In this document: positions 1-14,478 of the stretch, piece after piece
Layout of the letters: every line of letters starts with the position of its first letter
Numbering within the stretch: the stretch's first letter is position 1
Assembly: GCA_025201805.1 (NCBI GenBank)
Contig: MU619238.1
Location: 290,848-354,847 of the forward strand
DNA length: 64,000 nt
Source of the DNA: Parasitella parasitica NRRL 2501
Lineage: Eukaryota; Fungi; Mucoromycota
Reading direction: 5' to 3'
Program-made: the position numbers and the translations under genes
Notes under the pieces: generated by a model
Database searches by the model: none
What the model saw: only the letters and a program-made list of their open reading frames with translations
Told to the model about the DNA's origin: nothing

Positions 1-57
1 CATGTGGCATAATTTCTTTTTTATTTAAAATGTATGATTTCATCGTCTATAGTAGTT

Positions 58-1336
58 TCAAAGTTCCTGATGAACTAAATGAGGCTGATCTTCACTAGCG
101 AGATGCGCGTCCTTTTTGAGATCTAGTATGGTGTTTTTCGTTGGTATGTCAGTACACAGGTACATATGTAAGCAAAAAAAAAAAAAAAATCCCACTTACG
201 CTCGATAGTTTCTTGATCGATAGCTGTTGGGAACACAACCTGGTATTCCACATACAAATCGCCATGTTTAGCGTTGTTGTCTTGGTGTGGCATCCCTTGA
301 CCTTTGATTGTTTGCACGAAACCATACTGTGTCACACCTTCCCTAACAAGATCAATGCTGGAGTTGTCCAGTTGTGTCATTGTTTTTTTGAAACCGACGA
401 GCGCTTCAACAAGCGTAATGTGTTGCTTGGTATACAGATTGTCGCCTCGTCTCTCAAATATCGGGTGGGGCGCTGTTTTAACCTCGAATACGATGTTTCC
501 AGGAATAGTTTCTGGATACTCATCCGACTCTGCGTCTAGGATAATCTGATGCCCATTCTGCATGCCTCTTTCAATGTGCAACGAGTAGTCTTCGTTGCCT
601 CTGCGCACTTTTCTGCCAGCACACACAGGGCACAAATGTCTGATCACTTTACCCTTACCTTCGCACTTGTGGCACGCTTGCTGGAACTGCTGGAACATGC
701 CAGGCCCAACCTGCGCACGCTTGATAATCATGCCGCGACCATCGCACTGATCGCACGTATGGATATCCTCTGGCTTACGGGCCCCATTACCATGACAGTG
801 ATCGCACAGCACCTGCTTGGATACGTCCAATTGGATTTCAGCGCCATTATACAAGTCTTCTAGCGTCACTTGCAATGGAATGTGGATATCAGGTCCTCTC
901 TTCTCTTGGTGTCCATGGCTCTGTCGTCCACCGCCAAAAAAGTGGGAGAAGATATCGAATGGATCATGGAATCCTCCACCCCCTCCCTGACCTCCATTTT
1001 GCTTTAATCCCTCTTCTCCATAACGGTCATAGATAGATCTCTTTTCGTCATCCATCAAAACCTCATAAGCTACACGAAATCAGTCAGTATTAGATCCATC
1101 AGCGAATCGTCACCACTACCATTGGCTATTTCCATAAATTTCTGCGACGCTGCCTCATCACCGGCATTCTTGTCAGGGTGATAGACTCTAGACAGCTTTT
1201 TAAAGTGTCGCTTAATTTGAGCTTTTTGCGCGTCGCGCGGAACGTCCAATATGTCATAGTAATCCTTGGCGGCCGATACAAGAGCAGCTAACAGTGTACA
1301 AGTAAAAAATAGCAGCAGAGTTGTTGTTCCACGCAT
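58..1336 (-). CDS. SCJ1: ER-lumenal type I DnaJ/Hsp40 co-chaperone (Scj1-like); 3 exons (1336-1120, 1069-200, 122-58)
   Basis: Signal peptide [11 protein letters not shown]..., J domain with HPD motif, G/F region, four CxxCxG motifs and DnaJ_C domain. Splicing at GT-AG sites gives a C-terminus ...LVHQEL* (HDEL-like ER retention). Confidence 0.9.
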
Positions 1337-1866
1337 ATTTGATATATTGCAATATGAGAAAAAAGAAATCTAGATTTAGCCAAGAGAGAGAGATAGCGAG
1401 AGCGAGAGCGAGATGCGGATGTTTATTTGGCTTGGTTGACAAGCAGCTGCACATTAGTCACAGCTACTACCGGAGCCCCAGGGCCTCCAACCTGAAGCTC
1501 AGGAACGCATGAAACAAGGCATCTATTTGCTAGCCCAGATTATGGTTTCTTCTGGCACATGGCAATAGTAAATCATCGAATAACACCAATGAAGAGAGCC
1601 CAATTAGCGGCACCTTCACACCGCCATCTTGGTGGTCCCTTGCTGAAAAATCAAGGCAAGATTTAGCTCTGGTTATAATATTGAGACATTAGCACTTTGC
1701 ATCGAATCAAGAAGCAACTTTCCTTGTCATTTTTATCATCGCTAGTATGTATTTGTGTAGATTAACTTGTGCCTGAAGCTCCTGCATCACCATCATTGAG
1801 GGACTTTTGATACATCAGAGCCTGTTGTAGAGACACAAATACTTTTATTCATGTGCTGGAGCCTCA

Positions 1867-4843
1867 CTATTGGATAATTTCAATATTCTCACGAATTGTT
1901 GTGAGACCCTGATTTGAATGTATGAAAATTAATTTACTCGCCATGTCAAACGGGCTGCCAGAATAAACAATAAACTCGTTCTGATTCAATACGTTTTCAA
2001 GACCATAGATATCTCGCACATTGGTTGTAATGTACTGGATAGACTCTTCCTCGCTGATAGCACCGTTATCCAGCTGGGCAGAGGAAGGAGACGAAGCTGC
2101 TAGCCATCCAGCATCCCAGATCAAATTACGAGAATAACTATTATCAGGAATACCGACAGCAATCTTCACGCCATGTTTATGCAGTACATGTGCTGCTGTA
2201 CCATTGCTAAGTGGGGCTCCAGTCAAACAATGGCTAGAATCAAAATTGATGGGCGTGCATAAAACAGGGCTGAGCACGACGGGAATATCGGCTTCTGCCA
2301 AAAAGCGCGCAACCAAATAGGACTCTGTTCCACCCTGAATGACAATACGAGCTTTGGGAAGGTCTTGCTGCTTCAATGCGACGAGAGAGGCAATTTCGTC
2401 CTTGTTGTGAGCTGTAATGATGGTAGGGATTTCACCCCGAGCAGCTTGACCGTAATAGTTGTCATTGAAAATGTTGTCTGTCAAGAGCTGGCGAATGTAG
2501 TTGATCTGACCAGACACTGTAGGGAAACTGTCCGATTTGAATTCGTGGCCAATCTGCATATGAAGCGCGACAGCTTTGGATAGCAGAGCGCCTTTATGGA
2601 GGACTATTGCAATGGAAATATGGTTAACATGCCATGCTTTGAAATATCAGATCGCAGGACTTACGGGATTCTGCATCTGTCTTGAAGGCAGCCGAGACGC
2701 CAACTACGATATTTCTAGACATTGGAGCTGTGATGACGGATAATATACCGCCTTTGTGGGCTGCTTCTAGTTGATGTGAACCCAACTTGATGCCGTCGAC
2801 AGCGCGAAGAAGGTCCTGAGGATTATCATTTCTAATGGCAGGTGCAGTTCCATCTCCTGTCATGGGCTCGAAGAACATTTCTATCAAGCCAAGACTTGAC
2901 CCCACACCAACAAGCCCTGGAAGAACATAACCGCCTTGAAGGTTATACTCTGGAACATTGGGTGTCTTGTCGCAGTAAGGGCCAGAGCACGTAATGGAAC
3001 CGTTTTCGACAACTATTTCGAGGGGCCCCCTCACTGGTTTCTCATTCAAGAATGAATAGCCAGCATTTTTCAAGATGAAACTCTTTGCGCCATCCATCTT
3101 CTTCTTTGGAAGCGCTCCAGTTTGGGCATTTTGCTTTCTGGGTCGTTGCGATCTGGCAGGTTCAATCGGGCGCTCGTCGAACAAAGGCACGCCATCAATG
3201 AAAACTTGCAAGGGCACGGCAGCCAAGGCAAGAGGCTCACGATCCCAAATTACCAAGTCTGCATCATAGCCCACCTTGAGAGATCCAATACGATGACCCA
3301 ATCCTAGGGCATTAGCAGGAGTGGATGTCACAGCTCGAAAAGCTTCTTGAGGAGGAAGGCCATAGTGCGTTGTTTTGGCCGCTTCAAACAGCAAACGCTG
3401 AGAATTGAGGACAGGATGATCACTCTTGAGAGCTAAAGGGATGCCAGCTTCATACAGAATCCTAGGTGCCTCAGGAATGGACTGATAAGTTTCCTTTGTA
3501 TATCCCCAGTTGTCTGCAAATGTAGCTATAGTAATGTTGTTGGAGGCACGACGCAAGATCTCAGGTATTCGATAGGCGTCCAAAGCATGATGGAACGCAC
3601 TGATTGTAAAGTTAAATTCTAGCGAGTGACGGATCAAAGCTTCGATGTCGTACGTTTCATAGCAATGAATATTTAAAAGCACTTCGCCGCGCAACAATGC
3701 AACCAGGGACTCAAGTTCGATGTCCTCAGGAAACACTGTATCAATACCACTGTACTTTTTCTGTACGTTTAGACACCAATCATCTTGCTCGCGTTTCAAA
3801 GTTTGAGCTCTGGTTAATTCTTTGCGTAAAAGATGTGCCATGCCCAAGCGGGTAGAAGGCTGCATGTGTAAAAGACTTCCGTAGATACGCTGGATCAACA
3901 TCAGTAATATATTAGCATAGTGTACTGTGCAGGGCATACCTTGGGATTCTCTCCACAGGCCATTTTCATCCATCTCCACTCTTTATCCTCAGTATTGTTT
4001 GCTTGGACAAGCATATCTTCATTACTCACAGTAGATCGAGGGCGTAATTTGAACGCGTAAGCTTCACCTCCGATGACATTTGCTGATCCAGGTAAAGCCA
4101 AGACTGATGTAATTCCGCCGGATGCAACAATGCGGATGGCTTTGTCGGAAGGATTAAATCCGTCAAGTACACGCACATAAGGAGTTACTGGATTAGGCAT
4201 TTCGTTCACATCTACAGATGATGTAAATCTGGGCCAACCATCGATACCCATATGACTAAAAGATCGACTCAGTAGGTATGTCATTGTGCAGATCACCAAT
4301 TTCAAACGTATATTACCTGTGCATATCAACTAACCCGGGACTGACAATATGTCCACCGACATCGATTATCTTTACTTGTTTGTCCTCATTTAACTGAATG
4401 CCCTTCTCAATTTGACGAATAATACCATTCTCAATGTAGACGTCAACATTCTCCACAACTTTCCCTTGACCATCCCAGACAACGGCGTTTCTCAGCAATA
4501 TAGGTTCTTGATGAGGTTCAGCACGAGGGTTGTAATCACGATATTCGCTGGGAAGATTAGCCTTTTTACGATGACGAGTTTGGATTGCTTCACATTTAGC
4601 ACGACCTGCATCTATAGTAGAGAATGACAAAGCATTTCGCAGGTTTTTGGATGGGAAGACTGTTGATGTATCTGGCAGAAAAGTATACGCAAGTGATATT
4701 AACAATAAAGCAGCAACTGAGAATAATACAAGAACAGAGTATAGATTTCTGCGGATCACATCTTCTACACGTTTCAAAGGAGAAGACTTTTCAACATCCC
4801 TCAATGGCATAATGGATGGAAAGCTAGTTTGTTTCGCAGACAT
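1867..4843 (-). CDS. Amidohydrolase-superfamily protein with two amidohydrolase-like halves and an N-terminal transmembrane anchor; multi-exon
   Basis: PGLVDMH|SH metal-binding motif across an intron; GGITS, KMACGENPK, HCYE, HHALDAY, SDHP and GSLKVGYDADLVIWD motifs; second degenerate half (GGYVLPGLV); hydrophobic segment near the N-terminus. Confidence 0.85.
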
Positions 4844-5620
4844 ATTCCCTAAAAAACAAACAAACCAAAAGGAAAAGTTTTCCGCTTTTTGTAGACATCG
4901 GCTGGTTACACGCCGATAAAAAAAAAGTTAGACTTTTCATCAAATCGTAGATTGCAGATCTTTTGAAGGTGGTAAGCTTGTTTCTGTTATGTAGCATTTT
5001 ATCTAAACTTCATTAAATTACAAAAGACGTGCCAGCGCATTTAACAAAATTTAAAGACTCAACAAGTATATATCAAGTATTATCTAAACTCGTTGTGTTT
5101 ATAATATTTCAACCATCCGTTCAATGGCATCATATACTCTATCAAGCAATCTCAGGTCTTGAAAAGAAAAACTACTGCTCTGCCAAAAAGGCATGAAATT
5201 ATGCAATTATTAGATTGGCAATTATTTGTATACAGTGACAAGAGTAAGCCATTGATGTACTTTATATTCTTGCTTGGCAATTAAATGTTAAACATAAACT
5301 ACAAATTGCATTCATTGATTGATTCACGTGGACTTATTTATACAAATAGACATTTTTATCCTAGTCAATAACATCCATCTTTATTACTTTTTCTCATTTC
5401 TGTTGATAACTTTATCGACATTGATATTTTCATCCAGAGATTTTATTCTATAGTGCCGATGAGTTGTCGCTATGTTTCCAAGTTTTATTACGATTCTATG
5501 ATGAATGTAAATTATTCATTGATAAGTTTAGCTTTAAAATTTAGACCAAGTTGATGATTTTTTTTTACAAGACATTCATGGATGATAATCCTGTTGATTA
5601 TAGAATTACCGGCAACATTC

Positions 5621-5697
5621 AACCTTAAATTTGGTCAGGAATGGTTGCCATGACAAAGTAGTCAAAATAATGGTAACTATTGTATTCTATGGGCACA
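5621..5697 (+). repeat. Diverged dispersed repeat (other copy at 31019-31095)
   Basis: aaccttaaatttggtcaggaatggttgccatga...tattctatgggcaca aligns by eye with aaccttagatccggtcaggaacggttgccatga...tattttatgggcaca. Confidence 0.7.
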
Positions 5698-6251
5698 TCA
5701 AATATTAATGGAGATTAGCTAGCTGCTAGAAATTCTGTTACGTTGTTCATGCGGAATGCAAGGTCATTTGAGAAGAACTTAAAGTATATCTGCGATATGT
5801 ATGCATCCGAGCCGTATATAAATCCAGTATTCAATAAAGAACAAAAAAAAAAAACGCATTGTTTTTTCTTGAGAGAGCTCGTTTATAATTTGACTAGATG
5901 CTACGCACAGTAATTTACTATCAGTCATGCATATGCAGAGACTATCTACGCGGATATAATTTGCAGAAAAACATGAAATATATCTTGATATACTTTTACA
6001 TGTGCTATTTTTTCATGATATTTTGTAATTACAATTGTATTTTGGTTTAGAATAATCGTAAATAGGACATTTGAAATATTCGTATTTGATAGATATAAAC
6101 TATGCTATCAACCTAAAAGGAGGGGGGTATATCGCAAGACGTTTGTTCAAAATCAACAGTAGTCTGAAATCGAAAAAAAGTAAGTTGAGCATGGCAAGAA
6201 CAAGATTTATTTACCTTTTCCCATTCTCTACTCTGTTGATTTCCTGAAAGA

Positions 6252-7877
6252 ATGACTACCACCTCAGTGTCTTCAGAGCCACTTTCATCAAATTATTTAT
6301 CGACTTATTCTTCGACTTCTTCGTTTCATAACTTTACTCGTAGACATTCGATTTATGGAACTGAAGATAGAGTTGTGCTAGACATTGGTTCTTTGTATAT
6401 AAAGTGTGGATTTTCAGGCGAGTCTTCGCCCAGACACTTGGTTCCAACATGGTCGTATCTAGGCAAGTCAAGAGATGCAGACGGCGAAGTTATGAGAGTC
6501 AATAAAGAGGTAATTTGTATACGACTATTAATTTCATAGTATCTCATAATATACCAGTTGGAAGAACTTTATAGCCTCGACATTATGGCAAAGGACAATT
6601 TGAATGATATCGAAGAAAGATTGAAAAAGTTGCTTCATGAGATTTATTTTCGGTAAGAGCATTCTTTGAGGAAGTCATAAAGTAAGGCACTAACGCTATA
6701 GACAGTTTGCTATTAACTGATCCTAAATCACGTAAAGTGATTATATGCGAATCACCACTTGCACCTGTGGTCCTCAAGCAGATGATAGCCAAGCTGCTCT
6801 TTGACTATTTCCAAGTGCCATCAATATCTTTTGTACCTATTCATTTAATGGCCCTTTTAACTACTGGCTTGACAACTGGCTTAATCGTTGATGTGGGTCA
6901 TCTAGAAACGAGCGTATTACCCGTAAGTACTTGACAGTTGGTTTCATTCTCCCATGCAACAAGCTAATGGTGGTATTAGATTTACGTCTCACGACCGTTG
7001 ATACCATACATATCCACAACACCACTTGCTGGAAAAGCAATTACAAAACGTCTCAAAGATCTTTTATTCGAGCACGGACGTTTCATTCCCCCCTCAAACT
7101 TGCATCTATCACTCGCACCACACAACAATATACCTGATAATATTCTTACACCTGAGCTCCTGGAAGACATCAAAACTCGGGTGATGTTTTGCTCACCGCT
7201 TATGATTGGACAGCAGTCGTATCAAGATCCCACTTCATTGTTAGAATCGTACAAAAATTTTAGCAGTGCAACTGATCTGTATTATCCCATCACATTGGCG
7301 GACGGCACTCGAGCAAATCTATTGCTCCCTGGTTGGATTCGTGAGCGAGCAGTAGAAGTTTTATTCGAAGGGGATGAGGATGAGCCAAGCATAACACAAT
7401 GTATCTTGGATTCATTGCTGAAGCTCCAGCCCGATTTACGCAAACCTTTAATATCGTCGATGCTCTTCATCGGAGGAACATCGTTATTACCTGGTTTCCA
7501 GTCGAGGTTGAAGCAGGAGCTATTACGTATTATGAGAGATCCTTTGGATTACGAAAAAAGGCGTTATGGATCTTTATTGCGCTTGCACAAATTTATCAAG
7601 TTCATAGACAATCCAGAAGAAAAAGGAGCAGGGCGTATATTCATGAATAATGCCAGAGGGTGGATTGGCGGTAAATGGCATTGTTACAATTGGGAAAGTT
7701 GACTTTATTAACTAGATTTCTTTCTCATCAGGTTCGTTGGTTGGATCGCTGAAGCTATCGGGCGAAGAGATTACCAAAGAGAAGTTTGTTGGAAATGTTA
7801 CTGACTGGTCCATTGGAAACTGGAGCAACACCAACGAAACATTGGAAAGAGAGCTTAATATTGTTGGTAACAAATAA
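6252..7877 (+). CDS. ARP10: Actin-related protein 10 (dynactin Arp10/Arp11-like); multi-exon
   Basis: VVLDIGSLYIKCGFSGES, VIICESPL, GLIVDVGHLET, IGGTSLLPGF and WIGGSL actin-fold motifs. The last exon follows intron ~7671-7731 and ends at TAA 7875-7877. Confidence 0.8.
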
Positions 7878-8206
7878 AGATGGATTATTTTGAGCAGCTG
7901 CCAGAACTGTCTCCTGCTAACATTGAGTTGTTGATTCATGAAACCAACCTTGACAAATAGTGGGGTCACACACAGATTATAGGGGTTTGCCCCTTCTGTA
8001 AGAAATCTGTATAAAGAATAGAAAGTGGGGCTATTGCTGCTTGCTTCGTGATATGTATAAAATGAAGTAAACCTTTTTATTAATCTTTTTTTTTAAAAAA
8101 AAATACGAAAATCTTTAAAAAATTAATGTTTTTATGTGGGTGTGGATGTATATAATGATAAGAGGGAAAGGGGAGAGAGAGTAGATGACAATATGGAGGA
8201 GGGAAT

Positions 8207-10274
8207 TTACAATTCATCATGGTCTCTCAAAGGCTCATCAGCAGAACCAGCAGATCCATCAGCATACAACTTGGTAGTGATAGGATTAATAACCGACTCT
8301 AATTCTTCACGCTTCTCGTCAAAGTCTTCCTTGAGAGCAGTGGGGTTTTCATCGATCCAAGCAAGCTTGTCCTTGATAGCATCTTCAATAGACTCCTTTT
8401 CATCGGCAGAGATCTTCGTAGCAAGAACACCATCTTCGCTCAATTGACCCTTGACAGTGTAGATGTAGTTCTCCAACTTGTTCTTGGCTTCAGTGCGATC
8501 GCGAACGGCCTTGTCTTCTTCGGCAAATTCCTCTGCTTCTCTAACCATACGCTCAATGTCTTCTTCGGAAAGACGACCCTTGTCGTTGGTAATAGTGATA
8601 GATTCAGACTTGCCAGATGCCTTGTCAGCAGCGCTAACCTTCAAGATGCCGTTGGCATCAATTTCAAAGGTTACCTCTACTTGTGGGACACCACGGGGAG
8701 CAGGAGCGATACCGGTCAATTCAAACTTACCCAGAATGTTGTTATCTTTGGTCAAGGCGCGTTCACCTTCAAAGACTTGGATCAAGACAGTAGGCTGGTT
8801 ATCGGCAGCAGTAGAGAAGATTTGAGACTTCTTGGTGGGGATAACAGTGTTACGGGGAATGAGCTTGGTCATTACGCCACCAGTAGTCTCAATACCGAGA
8901 GTCAAAGGGTTGACATCCAACAACAAGACCTTATCAGAGGATTCCTCACCGGAAAGAATACCACCTTGGACAGCAGCACCGAAAGCAACAGCTTCGTCAG
9001 GGTTGATACCCTTGGAGGGCTTCTTACCGTTAAAGTAATCTTCGAGGAGTTTTTGAACCTTGGGGATACGAGTGGAGCCACCAACAAGAACAATCTCATC
9101 GACCTTGTCCTTGGCGATGCCAGCATCCTTGAGAACTTGCTCGACAGGCTTCAAAGTCTTGCGGAACAAATCGTTGTTAAGTTCTTCAAACTTGGCACGA
9201 GTCAGAGTCTCAGAGAGATCCTTGCCTTGGAAGAAGGATTCGATTTCGACGCGGACAGACATTTGAGAAGAAAGAGCACGCTTAGCATTCTCAACTTCAC
9301 GCTTGAGCTTACTCATAGTCTTGAGATCCTTGGTAATGTCTTCGCCATCGTGCTTCTTCTTCCAGACCTTGATAAAGTGTTCAATGACACGGGCATCAAA
9401 ATCTTCACCACCCAAATGAGTGTCACCAGCAGTAGCTAAAACTTCAAAGATGCCATCATCAATAGACAAGAGAGAGACATCAAAGGTTCCACCACCCAAA
9501 TCGTAGACGAGCACGTTCTTCTCACCATCATTCTTGTCCAAGCCGTAAGCAATAGCAGCGGCAGTGGGTTCATTGAGGATACGAATAATGTTGAGGCCAG
9601 CAATAGTACCGGCATCCTTGGTAGCTTGACGTTGGGCGTCGTTAAAGTAGGCGGGAACGGTAACAACAGCATGAGTAACGGGCTTGCCGAGATAGGCCTC
9701 AGCAGTCTCCTTCATCTTGGTCAAAACCATACCAGAAATTTCCTCAGGAGTAAAGACCTTGTCCTCGTTCTTGACGGCAACCTTGATGTTGGGAGCACCG
9801 TTCTTGTTGACAATGGAGAAGGGGAAGTGCTTCATGTCTTGCTTGACTTCCTTATCGTTAAAACGACGGCCGATAAGACGCTTGGCATCAAAGACAGTAC
9901 GCTCAGGGTTGGCAGAGAACTGATTCTTGGCGGCATCACCGATCAGACGTTCGTCATCAGTGAAGGCAACATAGGAGGGGGTAATACGGTGACCTTGATC
10001 ATTTGCAATAATTTCAACACGGCCATTCTTTTGAACAGCAACGCAAGAGTAAGTTGTACCCAAATCGATACCAATTACTACAGAAAAAAAGAAAAAAAAA
10101 ACGCGAAACACACGGTTAATTGCTGTTTTATCACCATGAATATAGCGCCGTTGAAGACTACGTACCTGTGCCATAAGCTTCTTTATCTTCAGCGGCAGCT
10201 TGAACAGAGAATGTGCTGATGAACAGCGCAAAAATAACGGCGAACAGGGCCAGCAATGAGGCCTTATTTTGCAT
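8207..10274 (-). CDS. KAR2: ER Hsp70 chaperone BiP/Kar2; short first exon encodes the signal peptide
   Basis: [40 protein letters not shown] and [12 protein letters not shown] motifs; C-terminal HDEL. True start [18 protein letters not shown] at 10274, followed by one intron. Confidence 0.97.
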
Positions 10275-11052
10275 TTTTTTTTTAAATTTTTATATGTAAC
10301 TTTACGTTGAAGAAGGAAAAGCAAAAAAAAATCAGTCAGCTCAAGTACTTATTTATATAAGAAATCAGAAGTTTAAGGACGTCCATGTATCATTTCATGA
10401 TTGGCTTAAACTGTATTTAATTTAGTTGACCGAACTTGAGCTTCTCCATTAACTCGCAATTTGGTCGAATCAGGATTGCCCATGTCAAATTGCACGATGC
10501 TACACCACCTACTATGCATTTCATTAAGCGGGAATAAGTACTAATGCATTCAAATGTCGTCTCATCAGGGCAAGCATATCCATAATTGCCTCAATGGCCA
10601 AACAAGTTTCTTGAGTATTCTCCACCAATCCTTCTTTTAGGGAAGATTCGAGACCAGTGTTTGCATTGATAGTGGATGGAGAGTTGCTTCTACACTTTTC
10701 CATACAGTCACACAAAGCCAAAGACATCCGTTTACGTGTTGGTAAACAAAGATCAACAAGCTACGCAATACGCAAACAGATTTGATTTGTCAATGTTGCC
10801 TTTATTCTCGGCAAACCACATAATGAAGCTATATTGTTCATTGAGTATTAAACCCATCTGATTACAGCCACATGTGCTTTCTAATCGTTTGTACATGTGA
10901 ATGTATTATTATTTCTTTAAACCCAGGAGGTAGCACTAAACTATGTGGAGCCTCATGCTTGGATTGCATGGCTCGACTACCAACATTTTCGCATCTCTAA
11001 AGCATAGCGGTATAGTGTGTGATTTATTAAGAATATGCAATTTTGTATACAT

Positions 11053-14000
11053 TTATATAAACGGAATTGTATCCAAATCCAAATCATCTATTTCAGATTC
11101 GAGTAAATCATCATCAGCTAGCTTGTGTTCCTGTTGTTCTCCCTCTCCTTCTTCAAGTTCATCTTTCTTCACCGGGCTGTTAGTTACGTTTAGTTCACTA
11201 TTACTTGGTGATCTTCTGGAAAATACGCCGTTGATGACTTTACTCATGATGCCAGAAGAAGACCTTGCTCGGGTGGTAGGAGCGGTGCAAGTAATGTCAT
11301 TATCATGCTCGATTTCAGAGGGTTTATAGTCATCAGGCAGTGACCGCGGGGATGCTAAATGGATAGAATCCGCATCATCTTGGGCCACTTGTACAGCTTC
11401 CGCAGTTAAATCAGGGGCACTGCTGTGCGATGAAAGCTTTTTGGCAGGTGGAGAGAGTGATTTTTTGACAGGTGCCGCCTTTTTAGAGGTAGTAGTGGAG
11501 CTGGAAGCTCTGGATGTGAAGCTGCGCAATATGCCTCGTTTGGGTTCTGGCTCGAAAGCGACGACAGACTCTTTGGGGAGACTTGTTGGATCAGGTTTGA
11601 TTGGCTTTGGTTTAGGCGAGGTTGGCAGAGGCCCTTCTTCCTCTAGCTCAGGTATCTCGATATCAGGCATAGGAGGCTTCCAGAAATTGTAATCGCTGTA
11701 TTCTTCCTGAATTGAATTGTCAATGGGAGGAAAAATTTGGTCGACAAGGTCGTTCAAATGAACATATGAAGACTTGAAGCCAATCACCAGCTCTAATTTG
11801 ACATTGCCTTGCGCATCGATTGTGAAGATCCTTGAGGATGGCACGCTTACGCTTCTATACGAGATAGCATCTGTGATGCGGTTGCCAAAGCCAGCGTAGA
11901 AGGGATCCCGACCACCAAAAAGCCTTTGTATGTCCCGCAAGCAAGCCATTTTGAACATTTCCGGCTTTCGTATGATAACTTCGCGATGCAAGGAAGTGAA
12001 CAGTCTGTCTGGAGACATGATGACAGGGCCATCAGGAAGCTGATAGTTGCCCTGCAGCACTTTTTTGAGGTAGTCTCTCGTATAATCTGCTTGTCCAATG
12101 GCTCGACTGGTAAGATACATGAAATGATATCCATTGTTGGCAATATCCGTGTATAGTTGAGCTACGCCTGGGTGAGTCCAATCCTTGCCGATCATTGTCA
12201 TGAGGTGGCCCATTGTATCTGACTTGGTGATTGTCCCATCAATGTCAGAAATCACTACCTGAATATCGTGGTCCCAGAAAAACACTTTAGCAACGCAAGT
12301 AGCTGTACCTTGATACGCTGAACTGACAGAGAAACTGATTGTATTGACGCCCTTCTTTAAATTCAAATTCTTTAGTTGTTCAGATGTCAACCGTAGTGTT
12401 TTGGCGTAATTCTTTCGTTGTGCAAAGAACGGCCCGCTGTCATGAGTGTGGTCTGGGGACCAGCCTACAGATGTCGTTTTTGTCGTAGTAGTGAATGTCG
12501 TGCGCTCGCCACTGAACCCTGCATCGTAAGCATTACCGCCACCTTCCTTTCCAGGCTCACTTTCACGCCCCAGTGTCGGTAGTGGCTCTGCTGATGATGT
12601 ACGACTTAGCCATTGTCTCCATCCGCGTCCATAAGAATAAGAGTAGGAATCACTACTATCAGATACTTTGTCGTTGGATGCATCTTGCTTTTCCAGCGGT
12701 TTTTTAAAGATCAATAATGATGTAAAAAGCGGGCTGTTTTTGACAGCAGCAAAATAATGGTTTCTGTATCGAAACACCAGTCGAGGATCATTCAAAATGC
12801 TTGGATTACGAACGAATGCATCATAACTCACTTGCTGATCGTTAAATAGCAACGCATTCTCATTCTGGTCATAGCCAAATGCTGAAAACCCACATAAACT
12901 CATCTCTATGCGATAGGTTCGGCCAGACTTTAGCTTTACCGTTTCGTTTTCGTTTTCGTTTTGATCCTTAGAATCGTCTTTTGTCTCGTTAACTTTGTCA
13001 TCGCCATCGCCATCGTCATCGTTGCCGTTGCCGTTGCCATTGCCATTGCCATTGTCGTTGTCGTTCTTGTTGCTGTCATCAGCGTAGGACATTCCCCAAC
13101 CCCACGATTTGTTATCGACTGCTGGATCAGATGGCTCGGTAGGTACACCCTTTGTTCCTGCCGCATCATCTCCATGGCTTTTATCTGCCTCTTGACCCTT
13201 CTGCTCGGTCTTATAGCCAGATATGTCCAACACAATAGACTCCTTCTCTCCTGAGCTGTCATTCGGCTTTTTTGCTGGATTTTCCGATGGTGATGCAAAA
13301 TCTTCGTCCACTGTGTGAGTGACATCCATCCATAAAGAATTGAGATTGTTCTCTACTGGTCTAACAATGAATCTTTCTTTCGCTATGGTTGTGGTAGTAA
13401 TCGCCTCAGGGGCTACTCGCTCTAGTAAAGTTGATCCGTCATCCATTGCGTATAAATTATTCTCAGGCTTAGGGTGATCGGCATAGTCATTGTGCTGAAG
13501 CGAGTCCATTTTGGTCACAACTTTATCCATCTGCTCCTCGATAATCATTTTTGGAGACTGCAGCTCAGCCGGTATCGCTGCATCATTGTCATTTTTACAC
13601 TCGTCATCGTCAAAACTGTCTTTTGTCTGTTCAGAGGTATCTATAGCAATTTGGATAAACAATGACATGGTCACTTTACCGCTCGAGAGTTTTACCTTTT
13701 CCATCCTTATGCTCGCTGATATCAAGGAAAGGAGGTTCCTTTGAAACAACATCAGCACATATAGCACCGTTTTGGATGTCTGGGGGAGCGCTTACCTCAA
13801 CATCGGACCTATTTTCTGCCAACGCTTGCAAAATGGGAGACGTTTGAAATTCTTCGGGGACTTCATGATCTGTTTCAAAGACGAAAAAGGCTTCCCCGGC
13901 CTCACCTACTTTCATCAAATACGGTACTTGAGTACCGTTTACACTAATCTCGACCTAGCACCAGAGCAGGTTAGTAAGAGTCTTTACACACTGCGAGAAC

Positions 14001-14298
14001 CCCAAATAATGGACGTGCCACCAACTCCGATCCACATTGTTCGCATTGACATGACAGTGCCCCCAGAAAATCTGTCATCTAGTCTGTAGTAGCAGTAGTA
14101 ATAATTTACCTTTTTCTCTTGCGGCAAAAGAACGGATAGCTTTCCAAACCGAACATGGAAAGGAGAGCTTGCAAGTTCGCCGTTTTCTTGCTCGACTACA
14201 ATGATGTCAATGGCTCCAGACAGCGTTGCAGGATTTATCTCATTGTAAAAGTTATTCAGTGAGGTGATGAGGCTGCCAATTCTTCCGACATAGTCCAT
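11053..14298 (-). CDS. PAH1: Lipin / phosphatidate phosphatase (Pah1/Ned1); multi-exon
   Basis: N-LIP (INPATLSGAIDIIVV, FHVRFGKL, MKVGEAGEAFFV) and C-LIP HAD domain with the DIDGT catalytic motif, FYAGFGNRITD and a WKPP motif. Confidence 0.95.
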
Positions 14299-14478
14299 TT
14301 TGAGTATGTATAAATATGCTGATTTTGTTGTTTGCGCTTGCTTGAAATAGGCAATTAGTTATTATTTATTATTAGTTGGATTACAATGATATATATTAAA
14401 AAGAAAGAAAGATAATAAAGAGGTACTGCAACAGGCCGCCTTGAAAATATAGACTTGTACATTGAAACTCCCTTATTC

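Noticed and set aside
8444-10219. Long antisense ORFs (331 aa, 197 aa) opposite BiP
   Set aside because: A known consequence of codon bias in Hsp70 genes; no independent coding evidence.
10340-10410. ERSE/UPRE upstream of KAR2
   Set aside because: TATA-like, CCAAT and ACGT cores are present but do not match the CCAAT-N9-CCACG or UPRE consensus.
10524-10727. 67-aa ORF between KAR2 and PAH1
   Set aside because: No recognisable motif or supporting splice structure.
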